From: an uncultured Alphaproteobacteria bacterium
GTDB taxonomy: Bacteria; Pseudomonadota; Alphaproteobacteria; Micropepsales; Micropepsaceae
NCBI GenBank assembly: GCA_903862715.1
Contig: CAIOYY010000003.1
Span: 1,687-65,686, forward strand
DNA: 64,000 nt
Direction of reading: 5' to 3'
The notes under the pieces were generated by a model. That model was not told the origin of the DNA. It worked only from the letters and a program-made list of their open reading frames with translations, and made no database searches. The position numbers and the translations under genes are program-made. Below are positions 9,458-18,850 of this stretch, piece after piece (positions within the stretch are counted from its first letter, which is position 1; the number at the start of each line of letters is the position of its first letter).

Positions 9458-10492
9458 ATGATCTCTCACCGCTTCAGCCTTCCTTCATTACGGTTTTGCG
9501 CTCTTGCCGCTTTTCTTGCGATGCCGGGTACGGCCGTGGCGGCGGATGAGGGTTTTTTCGCGGGCGAAACCATCACGCTGATATCGTCATCCGATGCAGG
9601 CGGCACCGCCGGCACCTATGCGCGGATCGTGAGCGATTTTCTGGGGCGGCACATTCCGGGCGCGCCTGTGGTCGTCATTCAGTTCATGCCGGGCGCGGGC
9701 GGCGCGGTAGGCGCCAATTATTGTTTCAACCGCGGCACCAAGGATGGGCTGACGCTGTGCCATATCCAGCCCGGCCTGCCGCATCTGCAACTTCTCGATC
9801 CGCGCAATGTGCGGTTCGATGTGCGTGAATTCTCCTATCTCGGGCGGACATCGACCACGAACAGCGCCATCTATGTCCGCTCGGAAAATCCCGCCATGAC
9901 TCTTCTCGATGTGCGCGAGCACCAGGTCATTCTGGGTGCGACGGGCAAGGCTGCCGACACGTTTGTCGATCCCACGGTCATCAACAACGTGCTTGGGACC
10001 AAATTTGAACTGATCGTCGGTTATCCGGGCGGCGGCGAAATCGATTACGCCATCGAGACCGGCGAGATCGAGGGCGATGCCGGACCGGTGATGTCGACCT
10101 TTCTGCGGCATCAATCCTGGATCGACGACGGCATGATCCGCTTTCTGGTGCAGACCGGCAGCGTACGCCATCCGCTGCTTCCGGATGTTCCGCTGTTGCA
10201 GGAATTCGCGCGCAATGACGATGAGCGCGCGATGTTCGACTTTCTCTCGCTGCGCTCGGAGATCGGCTACACGCTCATCGCGCCACCGGGCGTGCCGGAG
10301 GATCGCGTCGCGGTGCTGCGCAAGGCAATGGCAGACATGCTGGCCGATCCGGAATTTCTTGCGGCGGCGGCGCGCATCAAGCTCGACGTCATCCCCGCCA
10401 CGGGGGCGGCCGTCGAAGCGTCGATCGACCGCGTCTTCGCCACACCGCCCGATATCATCGCAAGATTGCACGAAGCGCTGGACATCCGCTGA
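9458..10492 (+). CDS. Periplasmic solute-binding protein, tripartite tricarboxylate transporter (TctC/Bug)-like
   Basis: Signal peptide ending AVAAD. AGGTAGTYARIVSDFLGRHIPG...MPGAGGAVGANY resembles Bug-family N-terminal blocks. No partner tctAB genes are adjacent. Confidence 0.5.
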   Translation: MISHRFSLPSLRFCALAAFLAMPGTAVAADEGFFAGETITLISSSDAGGTAGTYARIVSDFLGRHIPGAPVVVIQFMPGAGGAVGANYCFNRGTKDGLTLCHIQPGLPHLQLLDPRNVRFDVREFSYLGRTSTTNSAIYVRSENPAMTLLDVREHQVILGATGKAADTFVDPTVINNVLGTKFELIVGYPGGGEIDYAIETGEIEGDAGPVMSTFLRHQSWIDDGMIRFLVQTGSVRHPLLPDVPLLQEFARNDDERAMFDFLSLRSEIGYTLIAPPGVPEDRVAVLRKAMADMLADPEFLAAAARIKLDVIPATGAAVEASIDRVFATPPDIIARLHEALDIR

Positions 10493-10549
10493 TCGTGACG
10501 TTCCAGAAAACGGCCATCGCCGTCCGGGGACGGCCGCGGGGCGAGACGA

Positions 10550-11371
10550 TTACATCCGCTTTTCGATCCAGCCGGTGATATCGGCCATCACGCCTTCCTT
10601 GCCGAGATCGTTCAGCAGGTCGTGATAATGGCCTTCGTAGAGTTTCAGAGTCTTGTCGGACGAACCCGCCGTCTGATGGAAGAATTTGTTGCCCTCGGGA
10701 TCGGTCGCCTTGTCGGCGGTGCCGTGCAGGATGAAGACCGGGATCGTAATGCGGGGGAATTCCTTCTCCATCCGTTCGGTCGCGCGGACCAGCGCAGCTA
10801 CCGTGGCAGCCGGCTGAGCTTCCGAGCCGGTGCCCAGAGGATCGGAGCGCATCGCTTCGGTTGCCACCGGATCGCGCGAGAAATCTTCGGTCTTCAGTTT
10901 CAGAACCGGAAGGTTGGGCGCGATATGGCTTAAGCCCTTGATCATCGCCAGCGCGATCTTCGGTGCGTAGACGCGGAAGGCGAAGCTCTCGCAGATCAGC
11001 CCCTTCAGTTCGGATTGATGGTCGAACGCATAGATGCAGGAGACGACGCCGCCCGCGCTGTGACCGAGAAGGAAAACCGGAAGGCCGGGATGGCGCGATT
11101 TCGCGGTGCCGATCACCTGCGAAAGATCATCGACATATTCGGAGACGTTGTCGGCATAGAGCCGCTTGCCATCCGATTTGCCGCGGCCCCGAAGGTCGAG
11201 CGCATAAGTGGCAAAGCCCGCCGCGGCGAATTTCTCGCCGGCCCATCCATATTGCCCGCTATGCGACTTCACGCCGTGGCAGATCACGATGACGGCGCGT
11301 GGGGGGACCGATGGCAAAAATGACCGGAGAAAAAGTTTGCCCGCCTTGCCGCTTAGGAATTCTTCGCTCAT
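10550..11371 (-). CDS. Alpha/beta hydrolase, lysophospholipase/monoacylglycerol lipase-like
   Basis: ATG at 11371 (MSEEFLSGK...). Contains HGVKSHSGQY, LDLRGRGKSDG, nucleophile elbow GHSAGG and C-terminal HGTADKATD...HYHDLLND. Confidence 0.8.
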   Translation of the reverse strand: MSEEFLSGKAGKLFLRSFLPSVPPRAVIVICHGVKSHSGQYGWAGEKFAAAGFATYALDLRGRGKSDGKRLYADNVSEYVDDLSQVIGTAKSRHPGLPVFLLGHSAGGVVSCIYAFDHQSELKGLICESFAFRVYAPKIALAMIKGLSHIAPNLPVLKLKTEDFSRDPVATEAMRSDPLGTGSEAQPAATVAALVRATERMEKEFPRITIPVFILHGTADKATDPEGNKFFHQTAGSSDKTLKLYEGHYHDLLNDLGKEGVMADITGWIEKRM

Positions 11372-11487
11372 ATGCGCACCCCCGCGAGAGAATGAGACGC
11401 AAACTTTCCTCCGCTTCGGAAAAAAAGCGAGAGCGGATTTTATGGACACATAACCTGCCCAACAAACAGGCAATGTCCACGCTACTT

Positions 11488-12009
11488 TTATGGGGCCGCC
11501 GCGTCGATCATATAGACGCCCACGGGATCATGGGCTTCCGCTTTCATAAGCAGCATGGGCGTGAAGCGGCTGGCATCCTCAATTTTGCAGACGACCGGCA
11601 TGACGCCGTCATCCAGCGAAAGCACCTCGGCCGCGATATAACGCGCATCTTCCGCCGGATCGCAGCCAAACGCGAAGTCGCGCACCTCATTGCCGTCTAT
11701 CTCGACCAGGCCATAACCGTAAAGCGGCGTTTCGGGGCTGATATGCTGGACGAGGAAATAATTACCCTCGATCCGCCGGAACCATAATTGCGCGATCATG
11801 CCGTCCTGCTCGCGCACATAATGATCGGCCTCGCGGCGCAGGCTTCCCGGCACCGCGGCATGAAAACCGTCGCGATACATGTAGGTGACGGCCGCCGGAA
11901 AAGGATATTCGGCATTGGCTTCATCGATCAGCGGATCGTCACTGGTGTAACAGCCAGCAAGCGCAAGAACGGCAACGCCAGAAACAACAAAGGAACGCAG
12001 CGCTTTCAC
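11488..12009 (-). CDS. Lipoprotein of unknown function (tandem family, copy 1)
   Basis: GTG at 12009 preceded by GGAGA. Lipobox LALAGC followed by Y-x-S-x-x-PL...EA-x-YPF, a pattern shared with the next two genes. Confidence 0.6.
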   Translation of the reverse strand: MKALRSFVVSGVAVLALAGCYTSDDPLIDEANAEYPFPAAVTYMYRDGFHAAVPGSLRREADHYVREQDGMIAQLWFRRIEGNYFLVQHISPETPLYGYGLVEIDGNEVRDFAFGCDPAEDARYIAAEVLSLDDGVMPVVCKIEDASRFTPMLLMKAEAHDPVGVYMIDAAAP

Positions 12010-12022
12010 GACGGTCTCCAAT

Positions 12023-12562
12023 TCAGGGAAAAGTCCCAAGGATGAGATAGGATTCCTGTGGCAGCACCGAGCTCATACGCTCTTTAAGCGCGGCGCGGAT
12101 CGGCTCAAGATCGAAGGCCTCGCAACTCAAGCCGAAATCCGCGTCTTCTGCATAGAAATCGCCGGCAATGACGGCATCGGCGTCGAAAATTTCGCTGCAG
12201 CGCATGCCCAGGAGATAGACGGTGTCGGGCGTGATGCGGACGGCATCATAATTGGCGGTGCCCAGGGCCGTGTCGGTTTCCTGGACGAGATAATATTCGC
12301 CCTCGAGCTGCTGGAAGAGAAGCGTCGTTTCCGCGTCCTGCCCCGGCTGATCGAGTACATAATGATCGCCGTCACGCCGGAGCGTGCCTTGCGTCTGCAC
12401 GCCCGCAACATCGGTACGCGTGTATTCGATGCGCTGAGCGAAAGGATAATCGGCTTCTGCAGCGGTCAGGAGCGGCGTATCGCTGTTGTAGCAGGCTGCG
12501 AGGAGCAGCGTAGTGGAAGCAGCGAGAAGGCGAGAGAAGTTCCGCAAGGAAGCAATCTCCAA
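12023..12562 (-). CDS. Lipoprotein of unknown function (tandem family, copy 2)
   Basis: Lipobox LLAAC followed by YNSDTPLLTAAEADYPF, then YYLVQE and two conserved Cys. The start is uncertain: TTG at 12562 or TTG at 12547. Confidence 0.6.
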   Translation of the reverse strand: MEIASLRNFSRLLAASTTLLLAACYNSDTPLLTAAEADYPFAQRIEYTRTDVAGVQTQGTLRRDGDHYVLDQPGQDAETTLLFQQLEGEYYLVQETDTALGTANYDAVRITPDTVYLLGMRCSEIFDADAVIAGDFYAEDADFGLSCEAFDLEPIRAALKERMSSVLPQESYLILGTFP

Positions 12563-12573
12563 TAGAACTCTGG

Positions 12574-13095
12574 TTACGGGCCGACGCCGAGGATGCGGAA
12601 TTCTTCCTTCGGGATGGCGCCGTCGATCTTCGACTCGATCAATTCGCGTATCGTATCAAGGCTGGTCGCGGTACAGGTCAGGCCGCCGAAGCTTTCGGGC
12701 GCCGCCGTCACCGCACCCGCTGTGATGGCGGGCGCGTCGGTGACTTCGCCGCAACGCAGATTATAGATGAAGACGATGTCCGGCCTGATCCGGACGAGAT
12801 CGTAATTGGAGCCGCCACCCTCGGCATTACTTTCCTGCACGAGGTAAAATTCGTCGCGTAGGTGCTGGAAGAGAATGTGGCTGTCGACGTCCCTTCCCTG
12901 CTCGCTGCGGACATAGACATCGCCTTCCCGTTGGAGCTTGCCCTGGGTCTGGACCTCCGCCGTATCAAAATGGATGTAATCCACCTGGGCGCCGAACGGA
13001 TAAGCAGCCTCGGAGGGGCTCAGAAGCGGGGTGGTGCTTGCATAGCAGCCCGAAAGAACCAGAAGGAGCCCGCATGCGCCAAGGGCGCGAAACAT
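12574..13095 (-). CDS. Lipoprotein of unknown function (tandem family, copy 3)
   Basis: ATG at 13095 (MFRALGACGLLLVLSGC). Contains YASTTPLLSPSEAAYPF, FYLVQE and YDLVRIRPD. The longer track ORF up to 13239 has a non-signal N-terminus. Confidence 0.6.
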   Translation of the reverse strand: MFRALGACGLLLVLSGCYASTTPLLSPSEAAYPFGAQVDYIHFDTAEVQTQGKLQREGDVYVRSEQGRDVDSHILFQHLRDEFYLVQESNAEGGGSNYDLVRIRPDIVFIYNLRCGEVTDAPAITAGAVTAAPESFGGLTCTATSLDTIRELIESKIDGAIPKEEFRILGVGP

Positions 13096-13283
13096 GGAAG
13101 TCCGCACAACATTCTCCCGAACAGCCCCCCGGTCACCGGTGGGCAAGAAATAAACCAGGACCTGTTGAATGACATGCCCCAAACGGGGTGGAAAGAGAAA
13201 GAAGCAGAGACGCGGGGCGCACGGCGGCTTTTGATTCAATAATGTGGTTGACTATTAAATCCACCTTCCATAAACTAAACCCT

Positions 13284-13649
13284 ATGGTTGAATTACATGC
13301 ACCCCAACTCGACAGTTTGTTTCACGCCCTAAGCGACGCCACGCGGCGGCAGATGCTGCGGACCCTGTCTGAGGGCCCCCAAACGGTCAGCGCATTGGCC
13401 GGGCCGCACGCCATGTCGCTGGCTGCCGCTTCCAAGCACATCAGAGTGCTGGAGAGCGCCGGGCTCATCCGGCGCAAAGTGCAGGGCCGCACGCATTGGT
13501 GCCAGCTCGAGCCCGGGCCGCTGGCCACCGCCCATGAATGGCTGAGCTTCTACGACCGCTTCTGGACTAGCCGCCTCGATGCGCTGGAGCAGCTGCTGCG
13601 CGAGATGAACGCCAAGAATCCCCCCCACTCCGAAGGAGACGATCAATGA
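13284..13649 (+). CDS. ArsR/SmtB-family transcriptional regulator
   Basis: ATG at 13284. Winged-HTH block LSDATRRQMLRTLSEGPQTVSALAGPHAMSLAAASKHIRVLESAGLIRR. Confidence 0.85.
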   Translation: MVELHAPQLDSLFHALSDATRRQMLRTLSEGPQTVSALAGPHAMSLAAASKHIRVLESAGLIRRKVQGRTHWCQLEPGPLATAHEWLSFYDRFWTSRLDALEQLLREMNAKNPPHSEGDDQ

Positions 13650-14173
13650 CCATAACCCTCGACGCCTATGGCGCGCTGACCAGCCCGACAGAACTCAAAA
13701 TCCAGCGCGTCCTGCCTGGCCCCATCGAACGCGCCTGGGCGTTTCTCACGACCAGCGATCTCAGACGCCAATGGCTGGCGTCCGGCGAGATGGATTTGCG
13801 CGAAGGCGGCGCGTTCGAATTCGTCTGGCGCAATGACACATTGACCACGCCGCCCGGCAAACGCCCCGAAGGCTTCGCGGAAGAACACCGGATGAAGGGA
13901 ACAATTCTCAGCATCGACGCGCCGAAGAAACTCGTCATCACCTGGGGCGAGAAAGGCGAAGTATTGTTCGAACTGAAGGCGCAGGGGACGAATGTGCTGC
14001 TGACGATTCTTCACGCCCGCGCGCCCGACCGCAAAACGCTGCTCAATGTCAGCGCGGGCTGGCACACGCATCTCGATATTCTGGTCGCGCGCGTGTCCGG
14101 CAAGGAGCCGTCGCCGTTCTGGGAAACGTGGCAGCGCCTTCGCGCCGAATATGATCAGCAGCTTCCGGAGTAA
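13646..14173 (+). CDS. SRPBCC / AHSA1-domain protein
   Basis: Start overlaps the ArsR stop (ATGA). LKIQRVLPGPIERAWAFLTTSDLRRQWL is a typical AHSA1/SRPBCC N-terminus. ArsR-SRPBCC pairing is common. Confidence 0.75.
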   Translation: MTITLDAYGALTSPTELKIQRVLPGPIERAWAFLTTSDLRRQWLASGEMDLREGGAFEFVWRNDTLTTPPGKRPEGFAEEHRMKGTILSIDAPKKLVITWGEKGEVLFELKAQGTNVLLTILHARAPDRKTLLNVSAGWHTHLDILVARVSGKEPSPFWETWQRLRAEYDQQLPE

Positions 14174-14189
14174 GGATGGCCGTCAGCGA

Positions 14190-14335
14190 TTTCCTCCCCC
14201 GCCTGGCGGGGGAGTTGGCGCGACGCGCCGGAGGGGGCGTGTAATCCCCCCCTTCGTCCGCAAAGTTTATCCTCGCGCTGGCCTACGGCCAGACGCGGAG
14301 CGGACACTTCCCCGTAAACGGGGGAAGAAAAAATT
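14190..14335. repeat. CTCCCC-loop-GGGGAG hairpin repeats (2 copies)
   Basis: tcctccccc-gcctggc-gggggag and cttcccc-gtaaac-ggggaag. Confidence 0.7.
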
Positions 14336-14350
14336 GCGCTGCTTCAAACA

Positions 14351-14381
14351 AAACGCCCCGGATTGCTCCGGGGCGTTTTTT
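14351..14381. terminator. Rho-independent terminator, bidirectional
   Basis: aaaacgccccgg-attgct-ccggggcgtttttt lies between the convergent genes ending at 14173 (+) and 14428 (-). Confidence 0.8.
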
Positions 14382-14427
14382 GTTTCTGCAGGCACACCCT
14401 TCGACAAGCTCAGGGTGAAGGAGAACG

Positions 14428-15633
14428 CTACTGCACGATCTGGACGATGGTGCCGTCCTTGGCTTTGCCCTGGCTGCGATACTGGCCGATGTTTTCCAAC
14501 AGCGACTTGTCGGACACAGTGTAGATGATCGCGTCTTCATTGCCGGTGTTGACGTGGCGGCGCCACAGGAAGTTCGGAATCGCCATGACGTCGTTCTCGG
14601 TCCAGTCGTAACGCTCGCCGCCGATTTCGGAGAAGCCCTTGCCCTGGAGGATCAGTGCATAGGTGCTGCAGGTTTCGCGCTTCCATTGCAGTTCTTCACC
14701 CGGACGCAGGAGCTGCGCCGAATAATCGAGCGTCGGATAGACCGGCTTGCCCGTGACGGGATTGACAAACTGGAACTTGATGCCTTCGAACGGATCGCCT
14801 TTTTCCGATGACAGGCGCTTCAGCGCGGCGCGCACATCGTCACCGCGGAAATGGAACATCGGCGACATGCCCTGACCCCAGCCGCGCTGGTTGGACTGGA
14901 ACACCGGCTTCAGACCGCCATTGCCATACAGGCGCGCGGAGTGGCCGTCCTGATGGACCATCGGCTGCGATTTGGAATTGCCGCCCATCGGATTTTCATA
15001 GGTCTGATCGACCCAGACGCAGTCGAGATATTCGATCAGCGGCCAGTCGAGCGTATCGATCCAGATCATCGGATCCTGATCTTCATTGCCGTGATCGTGC
15101 CAGGTGCCGTTCGGCGTGAAGACGATGTCGCCGCGGCGGCAGTCGCAACGCTCGCCCTCGACATTGGTATAGCCGCCCTTGTCGGACAGGATCGTGCGGC
15201 TGGCGTTCGGACTGTGAATATGCGCGGGCGCGAGATCGGCCGGGTTGTAGATGGCAATGGCGCAGCGGATCGTGTTGGTGATCTGCAGGCGGCCGCCGAG
15301 ACCGGGATTGGTGAGCAGGATGCCCTGACGGTCGGTGGTTTCGATCGGCTTGATTTCGGCGTTGCGCGCAATCTCGGCGATCTTGAACAGATAGGGGCTT
15401 ATCTCGGACCAGCGCCAGCGATGCGGCTGCATCTTGAGCTGATTGGCGGCAACGCGGCCCTTAGCGAGCTGACCCGCGCCCGAACCATCCGTTTCGGCGA
15501 ACCAGGCGCGCTGCGCCGGCGAATTCGCCTGGGTGCGAATCCACGCATAGAGTTTCGCCGTCTCGGCGTTCATCTGGTCCATCATTTCCGCCGCTGAGGT
15601 CGGGCGGTTATGAACCTGGGGGTTGCTGCTCAT
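14428..15633 (-). CDS. Gentisate 1,2-dioxygenase-like bicupin dioxygenase (copy 1)
   Basis: 401 aa. Cupin metal motif APAHIHSPNASRTILSDKGGYTNVEGERCDCRRGDIVFTPNGTWHDHGNE matches the HxH...H pattern of gentisate/salicylate-type ring-cleavage dioxygenases. Confidence 0.7.
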   Translation of the reverse strand: MSSNPQVHNRPTSAAEMMDQMNAETAKLYAWIRTQANSPAQRAWFAETDGSGAGQLAKGRVAANQLKMQPHRWRWSEISPYLFKIAEIARNAEIKPIETTDRQGILLTNPGLGGRLQITNTIRCAIAIYNPADLAPAHIHSPNASRTILSDKGGYTNVEGERCDCRRGDIVFTPNGTWHDHGNEDQDPMIWIDTLDWPLIEYLDCVWVDQTYENPMGGNSKSQPMVHQDGHSARLYGNGGLKPVFQSNQRGWGQGMSPMFHFRGDDVRAALKRLSSEKGDPFEGIKFQFVNPVTGKPVYPTLDYSAQLLRPGEELQWKRETCSTYALILQGKGFSEIGGERYDWTENDVMAIPNFLWRRHVNTGNEDAIIYTVSDKSLLENIGQYRSQGKAKDGTIVQIVQ

Positions 15634-15821
15634 GGGGGCTCCTATTCTCGTTCTTCCGGGCGTCGTCGTTGGGACCGAAACTATCGCCTAATCGCCCTTC
15701 CCGGCAATGTTGATCTGGCAACTGCTTATGAGCCTAGGTTTAAGCAAAACGTCCCCCGAAAGACAACGGCGCCACCGGAGAGGAGGCGCCGTTTCAACGG
15801 AAAAAGAAGGCTTGAAAGAGG

Positions 15822-17045
15822 TTAGACGCCGAGTTGAACCACGGTGCCGTCGTCTTGCCTGCCCTGTGCCCGGTACTGCCCGATGCTGCGCATCAGGGCA
15901 GCGTCGGACACGGTGTAGAGCACCGCATCGGCTTTGCCGGTGTTCACGTGGCGGCGCCACAGGAAGTTTGGCAGCACCATCACGTCGTTCTTCTTCCAGG
16001 TGAAGCGCTTGTCCACGACCTCGGTATAACCCTCGCCGTCCATCACAATGACAAAGGTGTTCGAGGTTTCGCGCTTCTGCTTGGTCGCTTCGCCGGGACG
16101 CAGCAATTGCGCGCCGTAATCCATCGTCGGATAGATCGACGTGCCCGTGACCGGATTAACGAACTGCATCGCGATACCTTCATACGGATCGCCCGCTTCC
16201 CCACGCAGCGCATCGAGAGAAGCGCGAATGTCTTCTCCGCGGAAATGGATCATCGGCGTCATGCTGTGACCCCAGCCGCGCTGATGCGATACGAAACGCG
16301 GCTTCATGCCCCCCTTGCCGTATAGCCGCGTGGAGTACCCGTCGCTATGCGCGGCCGCCTGCACCGTATCGTTCGAACCGCTGGCCGCCGGATAATCCAT
16401 ATCGACCCAGGCCGCATCGAGATACTCAAGTAGCGGCCAGTCGAGCATGTCGATCCACATGACGGGCGTTTCGGATTCATTGCCGTGATCGTGCCACGTG
16501 CCGTTCGGCGTCCAGATGATGTCACCGCGTCGGCACTCGCAGCGTTCACCTTCGACATTAGTGTAGCCGCCGGTGTCGGTAAGAATGGTGCGGCTGGCAT
16601 TGGCGCTGTGAATATGGGCCGGGGCCTTGTCGGTCGGGATATAGACCGAGATGGCGGTGCGCATCGTGCTGGTGATCTGCAGACGTCCGCCAAGGCCCGG
16701 ATTGGTGAGAAGAATGCTTTGCCGGTCGGTGAGTTCGTATAGCGGCACCGTCGCATCAGCGGCGATCTTCGCGATCTTTTCGAGATAAGGTCCGTAATCC
16801 TTCCATGCCCAGTGGCACGGAAGCGCCTTCAACTGGTTCGCGGACACACGCCCGGCCTTCAGAAGATTGCCGCCGCCGGTGCCGGCGGTATCGGTGAACC
16901 ATGCGCGTTGCGAGGGCGTGTTCAACTCGGTGCGGAGCCAGAAATTGAACTTGGCGGCTTCGCCGTTCAGTTCCTCCAGCAAGGCGCGGGTGTCCGTGGA
17001 CGCCACGCCGGGCTTGTGGGTTGCGGCCTTTGCCGAAGCAGCCAT
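15822..17045 (-). CDS. Gentisate 1,2-dioxygenase-like bicupin dioxygenase (copy 2)
   Basis: ATG at 17045 preceded by AGGAGG. APAHIHSANASRTILTDTGGYTNVEGERCECRRGDIIWTPNGTWHDHGNE. Close paralogue of 14428..15633. Confidence 0.7.
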   Translation of the reverse strand: MAASAKAATHKPGVASTDTRALLEELNGEAAKFNFWLRTELNTPSQRAWFTDTAGTGGGNLLKAGRVSANQLKALPCHWAWKDYGPYLEKIAKIAADATVPLYELTDRQSILLTNPGLGGRLQITSTMRTAISVYIPTDKAPAHIHSANASRTILTDTGGYTNVEGERCECRRGDIIWTPNGTWHDHGNESETPVMWIDMLDWPLLEYLDAAWVDMDYPAASGSNDTVQAAAHSDGYSTRLYGKGGMKPRFVSHQRGWGHSMTPMIHFRGEDIRASLDALRGEAGDPYEGIAMQFVNPVTGTSIYPTMDYGAQLLRPGEATKQKRETSNTFVIVMDGEGYTEVVDKRFTWKKNDVMVLPNFLWRRHVNTGKADAVLYTVSDAALMRSIGQYRAQGRQDDGTVVQLGV

Positions 17046-17139
17046 GAAAACCTCCTGTAACGGACGAAACCGAAATGTTGATGTCGCAACATAATCGGAA
17101 CGCCGCGGAGGCTCCTTGATCTGGATCAAGCCCGGATAT

Positions 17140-17916
17140 TCAGCCCAGAAACGCCGTAAGCGCGCCCGAAAAGGCTTGCGGCTGTTCGATATTCGAGATG
17201 TGTCCCGCCCCTTCGATCTCGACCATCCGGGCGCCTGGAATGGCCCCGGACAGGAACTTCACGCCCGGATAGGCAGCATCCTTGGTACCGGCGATCAGAA
17301 GAACCGGCGCCTTGATGTTGCCAAGGCCCGCTTTGAAATCGAAATCGGACAGCGCGAGGGCGCAGCCAATGAAGCCATTGACCGGCGTCGTGCGGATCAT
17401 CTGGCGGACCTTGCCGTAACCGGGCGGGTTCGCCGCCACCACTTCCGGCGGAAACCAGCGTTCGGCGGTGATGTCGACGAGCGCCTCCATGCCCTTGTCC
17501 TTTGCCAGCTGAATGCGCTCGGACCATTGCTGCGCCGAGGCGGGCGTCGAGGCCGCCGGGCAATCGCACAAAACAAAGCGGCGGAAGCGATCGGGATAGG
17601 TTTGCGCGAGCGCCTGGCCCGTGATGCCGCCCATCGACAGACCGCAGAAATCGGCACGCGTAATATCGAGCGCATCCATCAGCGCGATTACATCGGCGGC
17701 GAGCGTGGTGAAATGATACGCGCCTTGCGGGGCGTCGGTACCGCCATGGCCGCGCTGATCGTAGCGCAGCACGCGGAACGTGCTGCTGAGCTCCAGCGCC
17801 TGATCGTCCCACATCGAAATGTTGGTCGCGAGCGAGTTCGAGAAGATCACCCAGGGCGCGTCCTCAGGGCCATCGACCCGGCAGTTGAAATTGATCCCGT
17901 TGGCATGCACGTTCAT
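17140..17916 (-). CDS. 3-oxoadipate enol-lactonase-like alpha/beta hydrolase
   Basis: SNSLATNISMWDDQ, FRVLRYDQRGHGGT, nucleophile elbow GLSMGG, and GAGHISNIEQPQAF at the C-terminus. Confidence 0.7.
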   Translation of the reverse strand: MNVHANGINFNCRVDGPEDAPWVIFSNSLATNISMWDDQALELSSTFRVLRYDQRGHGGTDAPQGAYHFTTLAADVIALMDALDITRADFCGLSMGGITGQALAQTYPDRFRRFVLCDCPAASTPASAQQWSERIQLAKDKGMEALVDITAERWFPPEVVAANPPGYGKVRQMIRTTPVNGFIGCALALSDFDFKAGLGNIKAPVLLIAGTKDAAYPGVKFLSGAIPGARMVEIEGAGHISNIEQPQAFSGALTAFLG

Positions 17917-18701
17917 TTCATGTCTCCCCAGAAATCGGTGAGCAGCGCGAGCAGCGCCGGGCCTGAAGTGGTCGGCAGGAAATGCCCGCCATCAATGGTT
18001 TCGAAGCGCGCGCCTGCGATTTTGCCAGCAATGCCTTCGGTGACGGATACCGCGCGGACATAGTCCTGGCGGCCCGCAATTACCATGGTGGGCGCTTTCA
18101 GGTTTTCCAGCGCCGACAGGAGATTGGTGCGCGCCATCATGCGGAAGGCATGGGCGAAGCCGACGGGATCATTCGCAAGATAGCGCCCGCGATAGGCATC
18201 ATAGGTCGCGCGGTCGGACAATTCGGGCGGATAGGATTTGTCGAGCATCAACGGCATGACGCCGCGAATGCCTTCGGCTTCCGCTTTCGCCGCGACGGTT
18301 TCGAGGCCCGCCGCGCGCGAAGGATCGACGCCCGGCGCAGGATTGCAGAACACAAACGAGCCCACCTCACCCGCGTGACGGTTGTTGAAGGTGAGCGCCT
18401 GCATCGAGGACGCCGCGAGCGAAACGATGTGGAAAGGCGGCTTCAGGGAAAGCGCTGCAATCAATGCATCGAGATCATTGCCGAGATCGTCCTGGGAATA
18501 GGGCGCGCGCACCTTTTCGGTGAAACCAAAGCCGCGCTGATCGTAGCGGAAGACGCGGAACTTGGCGGTGAGGCCGGGGACGATACCGTCCCAGCTATCC
18601 AGCGAACCGCCGATTTCGTGCAGCAGAATGACGGTGGGGCCAGCTTCCTTGCCCTCCAATTTGTAGTGAAAGCTTGTCCCGTTGGCTTCGATCCAAGGCA
18701 A
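17913..18701 (-). CDS. Alpha/beta hydrolase with atypical nucleophile elbow
   Basis: Stop overlaps the next gene's start (ATGA at 17913-17916). FRVFRYDQRGFGFT. The elbow reads H-I-V-S-L-A-A instead of G-x-S-x-G. Confidence 0.65.
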   Translation of the reverse strand: MPWIEANGTSFHYKLEGKEAGPTVILLHEIGGSLDSWDGIVPGLTAKFRVFRYDQRGFGFTEKVRAPYSQDDLGNDLDALIAALSLKPPFHIVSLAASSMQALTFNNRHAGEVGSFVFCNPAPGVDPSRAAGLETVAAKAEAEGIRGVMPLMLDKSYPPELSDRATYDAYRGRYLANDPVGFAHAFRMMARTNLLSALENLKAPTMVIAGRQDYVRAVSVTEGIAGKIAGARFETIDGGHFLPTTSGPALLALLTDFWGDMK

Positions 18702-18850
18702 TGGCTGTCCCTCCGTTTGACCGGGGCTTTGCTAGCTTGACGTTCGTTGAGGGTCAATCGCGGAGGGCCTTCGGTCCGCGATCGCCAGCTTTGCCTTAGG
18801 GTGCCCGCCTGATAGGCTGAACGCCTAGAACGGCACGCCACAAGATTTGA

